Both the position numbers and the translations under genes were made by a program. This document shows, one piece after another, positions 45,469 through 54,865 of a DNA stretch of 64,000 nt (position 1 is the stretch's first letter; each line of letters opens with the position of its first letter). The notes under the pieces were generated by a model, which had not been told where the DNA came from, ran no database searches, and was given only the letters and a program-made list of their open reading frames with translations. The stretch is from Nitrosopumilus sp. (GTDB lineage: Archaea; Thermoproteota; Nitrososphaeria; Nitrososphaerales; Nitrosopumilaceae): positions 1,440,001-1,504,000 of the forward strand of contig OZ245040.1 of the NCBI GenBank assembly GCA_965224195.1. The letters are read 5' to 3'.

Positions 45469-47266
45469 CTAATTTACAACAAGTTGTGGTGCATCTTCAT
45501 TATCATATACTGTTGTTGCACCTTCTTTAGATGCAAACTCCACACGATCAGATTGACCATTAGGTTTCTTTACAATCCAATTACATTCATCGTCACCTGC
45601 TAGAATGCATGTATTGACATCTACAGTTACATCAAACTCTATGAACTGATTAACTAACCCATTTGTTATTGTGACAGTATCAGTTGCTGCTGCAACAAAG
45701 TTCCACCATTCCATTTTGGATTACAGTTAGCTTGTTGATTATTTATTTCAGAGTCAACGGAACACTTCCAAGTTACACCATTTCCATTACCTCCGTTTTT
45801 AAATTGATTAAACTCAGATTGTGACAAATTACCGGGTTTCATATTAGCACCATCACATTCTACCCAGGTTTCAGTTATTCTATGTACGTCAACTGAACAT
45901 CCATCAGGGGCCCCCAATTGTTTGCATTATGAACTATGAACAATCTAAGAGTTGCATTATCAATAGGACCAGTAAAGTCTGTTACGTTAAATGAAACTAA
46001 TGCACGATTGTTTCCACTTGCACGAACTACCATGTTTGGATTTACACCTTCATTGGTGTTAGAATTGCCTGATCTTAGGAAACTATCTTTTGTTGAATTC
46101 AGTGTTTGTAAAAGTATTTTTGTATTCTCAAATATACATTCTACAGAGTTACCCAAAGTCACGTTAAATTTTAGAATTGTTCCAAGTGAGAAACCATTTT
46201 TCTCACAATCAGCTGAATCAAGAATCCAACTAGCAAGTACTGTTTCAGATACAGAATAGTTGCCAGGTAGTACAGATAATGGTACAGTCATGTTACTAAT
46301 GGCAGTATTTGCAATGTTAACTATAGTAGAGTTGGTAGGATTTGTTGCGTTGAATATTGTAAAGTCAAATGCACCATCAGCATTTGTGGCATTCTTTGTA
46401 ATCTTAATTGTAGGATTACTAAATTTTGTATTCTCAAATATACATTCCACTACATCATTTCCAACTATAGTAAAATTTGTAATTGTTCCAAGTGAGAAAC
46501 CATTTTTCTCACAGTCTGAACCAGTTAATTCCCATTCTATTGGAATAATTTCAATTACAGTATAGTTTCCAGGTTGTACTTCTAATGGAACAGTCATGTT
46601 ACTAATTGCAGTGTTTGGAATACTAACTATAGTGGAATTGGCAGGGTTTGTTGCGTTGAATATTGTAAAGTCAAATGCACCATCACCACCAATTGCATTC
46701 TTTGTAATCTTAATTGTTGGTAAAGAAGCAATACTAAACACCTGTACGCGTTGCTCAGCACCATTACTACCAGTAACTAAAACAAAGTCAGTACTGTTTG
46801 TAGTTATACCACTAAGACTAGTAAATTGTCCGTTACCAGTACCAGGAGAATTAAACAAGAATTCAAAGTTACCAGATGGATCAAACACTTGAATACGGTT
46901 ATTGCCAACATCTGTAATAAAAATAAGATCAGTATTACTTGCTGTTATATCAGAGGGGCTAATGAATTGACCATTGACATTGCCAGGTGAACTCAACTGA
47001 GAAACATAATTACCAGATGGATCAAATATTTGAACATGTTGATTATTACCATCTAAAACAAAAGTAAAATCAGTACTGTTTGTAGTGACATCGTTAATGC
47101 CAGAAAATTGTCCGTTACCAGTACCAGCTGAACCAAATGTAGATTCAAAAAGTAAAGTAGAATCTGCAAATGCAGTTGAAAATGTAAGAGAAGAAAATAC
47201 AATAGTTACCAATATCAATAAAAATATGGTTTTCTTCAGGACTACACAAACTAAATCTAGCAACAA
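45469..47266 (-). pseudogene. Secreted NHL-repeat + two Ig/prealbumin-like domains + DNRLRE-like domain protein, two frameshifts
   Basis: Signal peptide, FGSAGTGNGQF / DVGNNRIQVFD repeats, duplicated TIKITKNA...VECIFENT domain, KDSFLRSG...NEG...NNRALV. Continues in ORFs 45666-45917 and 45469-45714. Confidence 0.75.
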
Positions 47267-47513
47267 ATACTATCAGTCACAGATCGCTTAACTGAATATT
47301 TTAATATTTACGAATATTCCTATAAACATTACATATTTGAGTATGATTTTCATAGAATAATTTAAAATAGGTATTAAAAAAATAGAACGATCTGCATGGA
47401 ATATTCTAAATGCCTAGAAGAGAAAGGCATTTGGAAAAATTATAAAAATTTCATGAATTAATTCAAAATCAATCAATACACTAGAACATCGATGATTGAA
47501 ATAAAGTAATATT

Positions 47514-47678
47514 TTAAGCTAGAATTGCAACAGACTCAACCTGTTCAGGATCATTAAAACAACTCTTTCGCTGATAACAATCCTCACATACCATCCATTG
47601 AGAAACACGCCCACTACTTTGAGGGTGATGATAAGTAATCAAATACTTGTGGTCGTGTCTATCATAACAATAATCCAT
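47514..47678 (-). CDS. Small Cys/His-rich protein (54 aa)
   Basis: MDYCYDRHDHKYLITYHHPQ...WMVCEDCYQRKSCF... Confidence 0.5.
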   Translation of the reverse strand: MDYCYDRHDHKYLITYHHPQSSGRVSQWMVCEDCYQRKSCFNDPEQVESVAILA

Positions 47679-47815
47679 TTCTAACTAGCCTATACCCCAT
47701 TGCGTTATAGAAACCTCGGAAAAAACTCAAAGTATAAGGATCCCAATTGGCACATTTGTATAAATTTTAGAAGGTCAAGCCAAACTTTCATTAGCAATAT
47801 CATTTTGGAGGAATT

Positions 47816-48637
47816 ATGGGGTTATTTGGTTCTAAAGTGGATACTGAAGATTTATTGTATAATGCCATGTCACTAATGGAAAAGAATCAGCCAAAGGGAG
47901 CCATTTCATTATTTAATAAAGTTCTAAAACAAGAATCAAAAAATACTTCAGCATTATTTAACAAAGGCCTATCTTTAAACCAGATAAAAAAATACAGTGA
48001 CGCAATAACATGTTTTGATATTTTGATAGAAATTAATTCCAAAAATTCTCAAGCATGGAATAACAAGGGCATAGCAATGGCAGAAAATGGAAACATACAA
48101 GCTGCTGCTGAATGTTATGATAAAGCAATAGAAGTAGATCCAAAAAATGCAGCATCTTATTTTAACAAAGGAGTACTATTAGACAAATTACAAGAACGAG
48201 AAGAAGCATTGCAAGTTTTAGATAAAGCAATTACAATAGAACCAAGGAAACCAAATGCGTTATTTTACAAAGGGATCATCTTAAGCAAAATGAAAAAACA
48301 CGAAGAAGCATTGAATTGTTTTAATTCAGTACACAAGAATAATCCTAGTCACATGGATGCATTTTTTCATAAAGGCATTGAACTTGCAGAATTAGATAAA
48401 CATGTTAAAGCAATTGAGATTTTTGATAAAATATTATCAAAACATAAAGACAATGTAAATATTATTTATGCAAAGTCAAGAAGTAAAGCTGCATTAGGAG
48501 AATACCCTCAAGCATTAGAATTGTTAAAACAATCAATCTCTAAAAATCCAAAAATCATTAGAAAATGGGCAAAAGAAGAACCTATTTTTAACAAGTTACA
48601 TTCCAATGATCAATTTAGAAAATTGGTTAAACTATAA
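47816..48637 (+). CDS. TPR-repeat protein
   Basis: Repeated ALFNKG / AWNNKG / YFNKG / FYKG TPR units. Confidence 0.92.
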   Translation: MGLFGSKVDTEDLLYNAMSLMEKNQPKGAISLFNKVLKQESKNTSALFNKGLSLNQIKKYSDAITCFDILIEINSKNSQAWNNKGIAMAENGNIQAAAECYDKAIEVDPKNAASYFNKGVLLDKLQEREEALQVLDKAITIEPRKPNALFYKGIILSKMKKHEEALNCFNSVHKNNPSHMDAFFHKGIELAELDKHVKAIEIFDKILSKHKDNVNIIYAKSRSKAALGEYPQALELLKQSISKNPKIIRKWAKEEPIFNKLHSNDQFRKLVKL

Positions 48638-49399
48638 CACAACCAATTTAACTTCATAAGGCATAAAATTAGTTTGTTAAAATATCAGTTCCACAATAAA
48701 TGCAAAAATAAGAGCCATTAGAAGGCCAATAATGTTCACAATCTGAATCAGTCATGTTGTATGTTTGAATATTAATTCAATAACTCCAAAGATCAGAATG
48801 TTATACAAACACAGAAAAAAAATTGATGTAAATTCTAAACACTTTTGAACTCAAAAAGAGTAGTTTTCCTTGGTTATTTTATATACAGATGATTTGCTGA
48901 GAAAATGCTGTAAAGTAGTTTATTGATAAAGATTGGAGGATAAAAAAGCATCTATTGGGGCCCTAAAAATCTGTCACCATCAAAATGAATCATATGTGAA
49001 GGCGCCTCTGCAATTCACACGTCTGCTCCCAAGAAATATTATTGAAATATTTCAACATCTACAAACTGCCTCAGCATTATTTTGTACATGAATCAGAAAT
49101 AGAGTTGAGTGGTGAAACAAAGGAATTGCTGATGGAGATTGTTGTTTAGTTATTGTAGATATCCCTCCCTTGCAAATGAAAGATCTTCTTTCAATGTTGA
49201 AACGTCTTCAATTAGATCAAATTCACCTGAAGGCACAACATTAATTGCTTGTTTGTGTTGGCCACATGACGTGATTGGATTTGGAATATGTGCGATGCAT
49301 TTTACATCTTTATCTGCGGCACGAATGTTGTTAGAATCATAGACAAATGATTTTGTTCTAAACAGAGCTCCCTCTTTATCTTGCACATCAAAAGAAAAT

Positions 49400-49846
49400 G
49401 ATCCCCCAACAAATTCATAAACGGCAATAAATAAAAATAACAGATTGAACCTTGAGGACTTTGGCAAGAAATGCAGGATAAGATATGATGTCCATAATGA
49501 GAGAATGTCTGACGGCATAATGCGTTTCTGCATATGATGCAGGGCTTCAGAATTATACGGCATATATTTACGAGACTGCCTCTGTTGCTATTTTTGCATC
49601 TATTCGCGGCAAAGACTTTGAGTTGCATGCGCTGTTGCATCTGTTATGAATATGCAGTATTCTAAATATCAAACTTTGGTGTACTTGGATAGTTTTTCAG
49701 ATTATGATGATCTTACTGTATGTTATTTTTTAGACCGGTTCAGGTTTGCTGTTGATGATTATACTGCAACACACCATGCACATTCTGAAAAGCTTGGCAT
49801 GTCTGTAATTGAGGATATTACCACGAATTTTCTAGAAAGGCAATAA
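49400..49846 (+). pseudogene. Decayed gene, paralogue of 53308-53755
   Basis: LNLEDFGKKCRIRYDVHNE...ACAVASV...FLERQ, read across frameshifts. Confidence 0.6.
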
Positions 49847-49856
49847 CTAATATCTG

Positions 49857-50746
49857 TTACAGTAAATTATGATCCACGCCAAGCAGTTCACGCTTTTTTG
49901 CCGCAAACTCTGACTCTGAAATCACGCCAAGCTCAAGCAGATCATGATACTTGCGGACTTGGCTTATCACATCATCAGAAGTACCGGTGCGTTTTAGTTT
50001 TTCCAAAAAATCTTTATTTTTTTTAACCGCAGTCTTGGCGCCTTGTACTATTTTTGGTGCCTCATGTCCGGCTGTCTGCCTTAGTGCAGACGTGGCAGAC
50101 TTTTTTCCTGATGTTGCAAGCCTGCTGCCATTAGAGTAAAATGACTTTATAAGATCAGTTAAAAATCCAATGCATTTGTTGCGGTAGTTGTTGGCACGAT
50201 CCCAGTCTCTTCTTGATTTGTGCCCGAATTTTTCAAGATTGTAGAGGCTAGTCCACTTGAACATATAGTAAATTATCAGCACAATTGAGCCAATGTACAC
50301 AATCCAATTCCACAGCACATCCAAAGAATAGGCTATGGCAAAAACCAGGTCCTCTGTATAATACTCCGGCAGCACATATCCTGATTCAACCCCATAAGCG
50401 AAGAGGCCCTCAACAAGGGATTCAATCGTATCTAAATATGAAAAATCTCCTCATCATCCAAAATTTCCTGCTTCATGTCGTCCTCAACAAGGGATTCAAT
50501 CGTATCTAAATATGAAAAATACCAAAAATCTACAAAATCAAGACTCTCTATATCCATGCTAGAAGCGTATAGCAGGCCATCTGCAATGTGTACCACAAAA
50601 ATATACAAAATAAACAAGACAATCCACTTGCGTGTCTTTTGCATTTTCTGAGTCCATAAGAGGCCAAAAATTGTAATTGAAGACACGCAGGCCCAAAAAC
50701 GACTCACTGGCCTTTCTGTTATATTTTGAGCTTTATGATCAGACAC
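49857..50746 (-). pseudogene. Membrane protein with C-terminal SHOCT domain, split by a 74-bp insertion/duplication
   Basis: TM helices and LLELGVISESEFAAKKRELL. ORFs 50432-50746 and 49857-50375 fuse in frame if 74 bp is removed. Confidence 0.7.
50408..50520. repeat. 39-bp direct repeat around a unique 35-bp segment
   Basis: CCTCAACAAGGGATTCAATCGTATCTAAATATGAAAAAT at 50408-50446 and 50482-50520. Confidence 0.9.
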
Positions 50747-51006
50747 TGAACTGTGAAAATATGCAAGAAATAAAACAGTTGCTACTCATGTGTTATGTTA
50801 AAATAAAAAAATCTATCTGGATTAATATAAGAAATTGATATTATTACATCATCCCTGTTTTTGCAGTTTGAGTATTTTTTTAAGATACAATTTTTATTTT
50901 TATATTGTATGATGCATCGACATGAATTTTATAACATTGCGGTTTTATTTTACATTCATCCAAATTTACATCAATTACAACTTGTGATGTATAATAATAT
51001 CGAAAT

Positions 51007-51663
51007 TCATTTTTCAATACAATAGTTGAATGAATTCACACCATCAAACTCTATTTTTCCTATACATGGATCATAGATTTTTTTAAAATCCTCTGATCTA
51101 CTTATTGTCTTTATTCCTGCAAATGCACGAATGTTGGCATTGGGAAATGCATCTCTCAATCTATTTGCAGCACCAATGAATGTAGATCCCCTTGTTATAA
51201 AATCATCTATTAATAAAATTTCATCAGGTTCAGAAAGCTCTTTTTGAACTGCCATTGTATCATAATGTTCTTGAACTTTTGGTCTATTTGCACTTGAGCT
51301 TGTATGAGATTTTCGTAAAGGACTTGTACGTTCAAGACATGAACTAACTTTCTTTCCAAGACCATTATTCATTAAAGCAGTTGCTAAACGTTGTGGAATC
51401 CAAAGTGTGTTTGTTTGAGTAAGAGAACTACTTGGAATTGGAATAAGGATAGGATTTACTTTAAAGAAATCAGAAAAAGGAAGTTTTCCCAAATTATTTT
51501 TAATTCCTTTTGCTATGTATTCTGTCATCAGAATATTTTCTTTTTCTAAATATCCATCACTCTTCAATTTTGCTTTAAATGTTCTTGAACGAGCCTCCGC
51601 ATCTGTATTTCCACGAGGAGAATATGTAAGAAGAGACCCAAAAACAATCTTATTAATTTTCAT
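51007..51663 (-). CDS. ComF-like phosphoribosyltransferase (putative ShosT-like toxin)
   Basis: LIPIPSS, RKSH...R...H, ILLIDDFITRGSTF PRPP-binding loop. Confidence 0.8.
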   Translation of the reverse strand: MKINKIVFGSLLTYSPRGNTDAEARSRTFKAKLKSDGYLEKENILMTEYIAKGIKNNLGKLPFSDFFKVNPILIPIPSSSLTQTNTLWIPQRLATALMNNGLGKKVSSCLERTSPLRKSHTSSSANRPKVQEHYDTMAVQKELSEPDEILLIDDFITRGSTFIGAANRLRDAFPNANIRAFAGIKTISRSEDFKKIYDPCIGKIEFDGVNSFNYCIEK

Positions 51664-51665
51664 AA

Positions 51666-52367
51666 TTATTGAAAAACATCAATTACTTCAAAACGTGTAG
51701 GGAGTACTTCAAGTATATCTGATGGATTAGATAATTCTACTGCCCCATGCTCAATCATCTCTATTGGCCAATCTAATTCTTTATCATTCACAACAGATTC
51801 CCAAATGAATAATGGTCTTCCCATTCTAAGTGTTGCCCATCCTTGATGTTTTGAACCACTTGTTTTACCTGCTTCTACAATTACGGAAGCATCAGAAATA
51901 AGTGCCATTGTTCTGTTTCGTATTACAAAATTTTTCCCAGTAATTGGATAACCTGTTGGGAATTGTGAAACTACTAGATGACTTTTCATTAATTCTTGTT
52001 GAAGCTCATAATTTATTTTTGGATATGCCTTGTTTAATGGTGTACCAATTACAGCAATAGTTTTTCCGTTCATGTTTAATGCTGTTACGTGTGCTGCAGT
52101 ATCAATTCCTTCAGCAAGTCCACTAACAATAATTACTTGATTTTCAATCAACACTTTTGCAATTTTTTGGGCATTCTCAATTCCATGTGTAGATGCTTTT
52201 CTGGAACCAACGATTGACACTTTTGGGCATGGTAGTGGAATATCTAAAGAACCTTTTACGAAAAGTTGTTCTGGATCAGCTTTTGATTCAATATTATTAA
52301 GTGGGCGACCTAGAAGTTGTGTCACATTAATTGATGAGTGCACTTTTTCTTCAAGCATTACTATCAT
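51666..52367 (-). CDS. dprA: DprA/Smf family protein (putative ShosA-like antitoxin)
   Basis: SIVGSRKAS, VSGLAEGIDTAAH, AVIGTPL...YP, FVIRNRTMA, IVEAGKTSGS. Confidence 0.9.
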   Translation of the reverse strand: MIVMLEEKVHSSINVTQLLGRPLNNIESKADPEQLFVKGSLDIPLPCPKVSIVGSRKASTHGIENAQKIAKVLIENQVIIVSGLAEGIDTAAHVTALNMNGKTIAVIGTPLNKAYPKINYELQQELMKSHLVVSQFPTGYPITGKNFVIRNRTMALISDASVIVEAGKTSGSKHQGWATLRMGRPLFIWESVVNDKELDWPIEMIEHGAVELSNPSDILEVLPTRFEVIDVFQ

Positions 52368-52397
52368 GTCTTATGAGATCTGGTCTTTTTAATACTT

Positions 52398-52748
52398 TTA
52401 CATCCAATCATTGATCGTCATCAGGCTTGTCTCTTTTAGACGCTGCAATTTCCTTATCCATTTTTTTAGAAACCAATTCCTTTGTAAAAGACTGAATATT
52501 TTTTCAGATTCCAAACAAGGTTCTACAAGTGCCAAACGAACATTCATGAGATCATAAAGTCGTTTAAAGTCATCTCGCAACAGCTGTTTTAGTTTTTTTA
52601 CCTCTCTTTGATCCTTTTTATGCTCCCAAAAAATTGAAATTGAAAACCCAAAGCCAGCTCCAAGTATTGCTCCGATAAATGCAAATATCATGCCGTAAAG
52701 TGATAGGAAAATCATGTAAAAAGCCTTTTTTCGCTCAAAAATTGCCAA
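52398..52748 (-). CDS. Membrane-anchored hypothetical protein, possibly truncated
   Basis: N-terminal TM helix followed by a charged helix. Confidence 0.45.
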   Translation of the reverse strand: MAIFERKKAFYMIFLSLYGMIFAFIGAILGAGFGFSISIFWEHKKDQREVKKLKQLLRDDFKRLYDLMNVRLALVEPCLESEKIFSLLQRNWFLKKWIRKLQRLKETSLMTINDWM

Positions 52749-53307
52749 CCATCATCATCATCATGTTACAGATGTCAGTCCATTATTCTTTTTTTCCCGA
52801 AAACAGCCCGTTGTAAATAATATGAATCCTCCAATTTTTATCATGGCATAACATTGCTACAATCGTTTCCATAATCCCCCCTAGGGTATTGAGATTAAAG
52901 GCGACAATAAGCGGTTGACAATTATTCAAATACCCCAAAAGGGTAAATAAATCATTCCAAGTTATTTTTTTAAAATGCGTTGTCGAATTTGCAGCATTGC
53001 TTTTAAAAATACAAGACGTAATTTTATACGGACAGAATACCGACTCTGTAAAAATTGCATGCATCTAATAGAGATTTTTATGTGGAATGGAGACAGGCTT
53101 GGGCAATAGCTGCAGTTAAAATAATTAATTTTTTATCAACCTTTTTTAGATCAATGGATAGATTGTCATATGCAATGCAACAGTATACAAGTATAACCAA
53201 TGTTCATATAATTTTAGCATATGAATGAAAATTGCATTTTTCAGAAAATTTTTACAAGTTCACGCAAATATTCGCCAAAAAGAGTGAATCCTTATTGCAT
53301 GCAGCAA

Positions 53308-53755
53308 TGCCCCCAACAAATTCATAAGCGGCAGCAAATAAAAATTACAGATTGAACCTTGAGGACTTTGGCAGAAAGTGCAAAATTAGATATGATGTCC
53401 ATAATGAGAAAGTGCATGGCGATATTGTTCGCTCCGTTTATGATGTCGAATTTGGCGAATATCTGGCTAGCATCTACGAGACCGTATCTGCCAGTATAAT
53501 TGTGTCAGTCAAGGGGGACTTTGACTTTGCATGTGCTGTTGTGGCCGTTTTGAGCAGACAGTACGCCCTTCTCTGGGAAATAATGAACTGTCAAGTCTTT
53601 TGCTTCTGCAAAGTTGTCCAGATATGCTATTGACTGGTATCTGGCGTGGCTGCAGCTGATGAGTACATTGCAGTGAACCATCCAAAGTCTGAAAGAATAG
53701 AGATGTCAGAAATCGAATCCATTGCCGCAAGGTTTCTCAAAAGGCAGAGGTAGGC
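53308..53755 (+). pseudogene. Decayed gene, paralogue of 49400-49846
   Basis: LNLEDFGRKCKIRYDVHNE...FACAVVAV...FLKRQ; ~100 bp highly similar to 49403-49500. Confidence 0.6.
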
Positions 53756-53907
53756 CCTGCTGCACATTGCAGCCCCAGATCTTATATTGCAGCTGATTCC
53801 ATTGCATCAATTCCAGATGGTCCTTAGATTATTTTGGACAATTCTGACGTTCCTAGCTGGGTCTGAATCAATCCAGGAAATGGGGAAATGGCCAGGGCTT
53901 GGGTTTA

Positions 53908-54720
53908 TCAAAGATCACTGGCATTTGCCGGGGCCGCAGCAGATGCAGAGGAGGCCAATTTTGCTGCCTCTTCTTTTCGGCGCTGGTCGTATTTTTTTCT
54001 GTATTCTTTTACCTCGGGGCGCTGGCTGTATTCCTTTTGATGCTTTTTTCTGTATTCCTTTACCTCGGGGCGCTGTCTGTATTTTTTTTGATGCTTTTTT
54101 CTGCGCTCCTTTACCTCGGGTAGCTGGTCGTATTTTTTTCTGTATTCCTTTGTCTCGGGTAGCTGGCTGTATTCCTTTTGATGCTTTTTTCTGTATTCCT
54201 TTACCTCGGGGCGCTGGCGGTATTTTTTTTGATGCTTTTTTCTGCGCTCCTTTGTCTCGGGGAGCTGGTCGTATTTTTTTATCTTCTCCTTTGTCTCGGG
54301 TAGCTGGCTGTATTTTTTTATCTTCTCCTTTGTCTCGGGTAGCTGGCGGTATTTTTTTCTGCGCTCCTTTGTCTCGGGTAGCTGGCTGTATTTTTTTATC
54401 CTCTCCTTTACCTCGGGTAGCTGGCTGTATTTTTTTATCCTCTCCTTTACCTCGGGTCGCTGGTCGTATTTTTTTCTGCGCTCCTTTGTCTCGGGTCGCT
54501 GGTCGTATTTTTTTTTGTATTCTTTTACCTCAGGGCGCTGGCTGTATTTTTTTATGTATTTCTTTTGATATTCCTTTTGATATTTTTCACTACACGCAGG
54601 CGAGCAGTTCTTCTTTTTTGCAATTGTACTGCACCTGAACACCCTCATACATGTCACACATTTTCTGTCTTCACTTAACTTGATTTTAATTCGTCCTCCT
54701 CCTCCTCTCGCTTTTGGCAT
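53908..54720 (-). CDS. Zn-finger (CxxC...CSxxC) protein with ~13 K/R/E-rich 14-18-aa repeats (KKY[RSD]Q[RL]PE[VT]KE)
   Basis: Direct translation; 42/54-bp tandem DNA repeats at ~53980-54560. Confidence 0.75.
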   Translation of the reverse strand: MPKARGGGGRIKIKLSEDRKCVTCMRVFRCSTIAKKKNCSPACSEKYQKEYQKKYIKKYSQRPEVKEYKKKYDQRPETKERRKKYDQRPEVKERIKKYSQLPEVKERIKKYSQLPETKERRKKYRQLPETKEKIKKYSQLPETKEKIKKYDQLPETKERRKKHQKKYRQRPEVKEYRKKHQKEYSQLPETKEYRKKYDQLPEVKERRKKHQKKYRQRPEVKEYRKKHQKEYSQRPEVKEYRKKYDQRRKEEAAKLASSASAAAPANASDL

Positions 54721-54865
54721 AATTATATTTTTTCTGCTGCTGCTGCTCTCTTGATCATGATAAATTCCAGATGCATCTAGGGAACATTGACTGAAATTTT
54801 TTGCATAGCCCTGGGCATTTTTGTGGCATTTAAAAAAAGAAAAAGGGGGAAATTTGAACTAGTTT

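Noticed and set aside
47661-47670. ATCATAACAA matching the centre of the CRISPR repeat
   Set aside because: A 10-bp AT-rich match inside a small ORF; expected by chance.
53787-54638. 283-aa Cys/Phe-rich + strand ORF
   Set aside because: Antisense shadow of the repeat protein; the minus frame has a Zn finger and more plausible composition.
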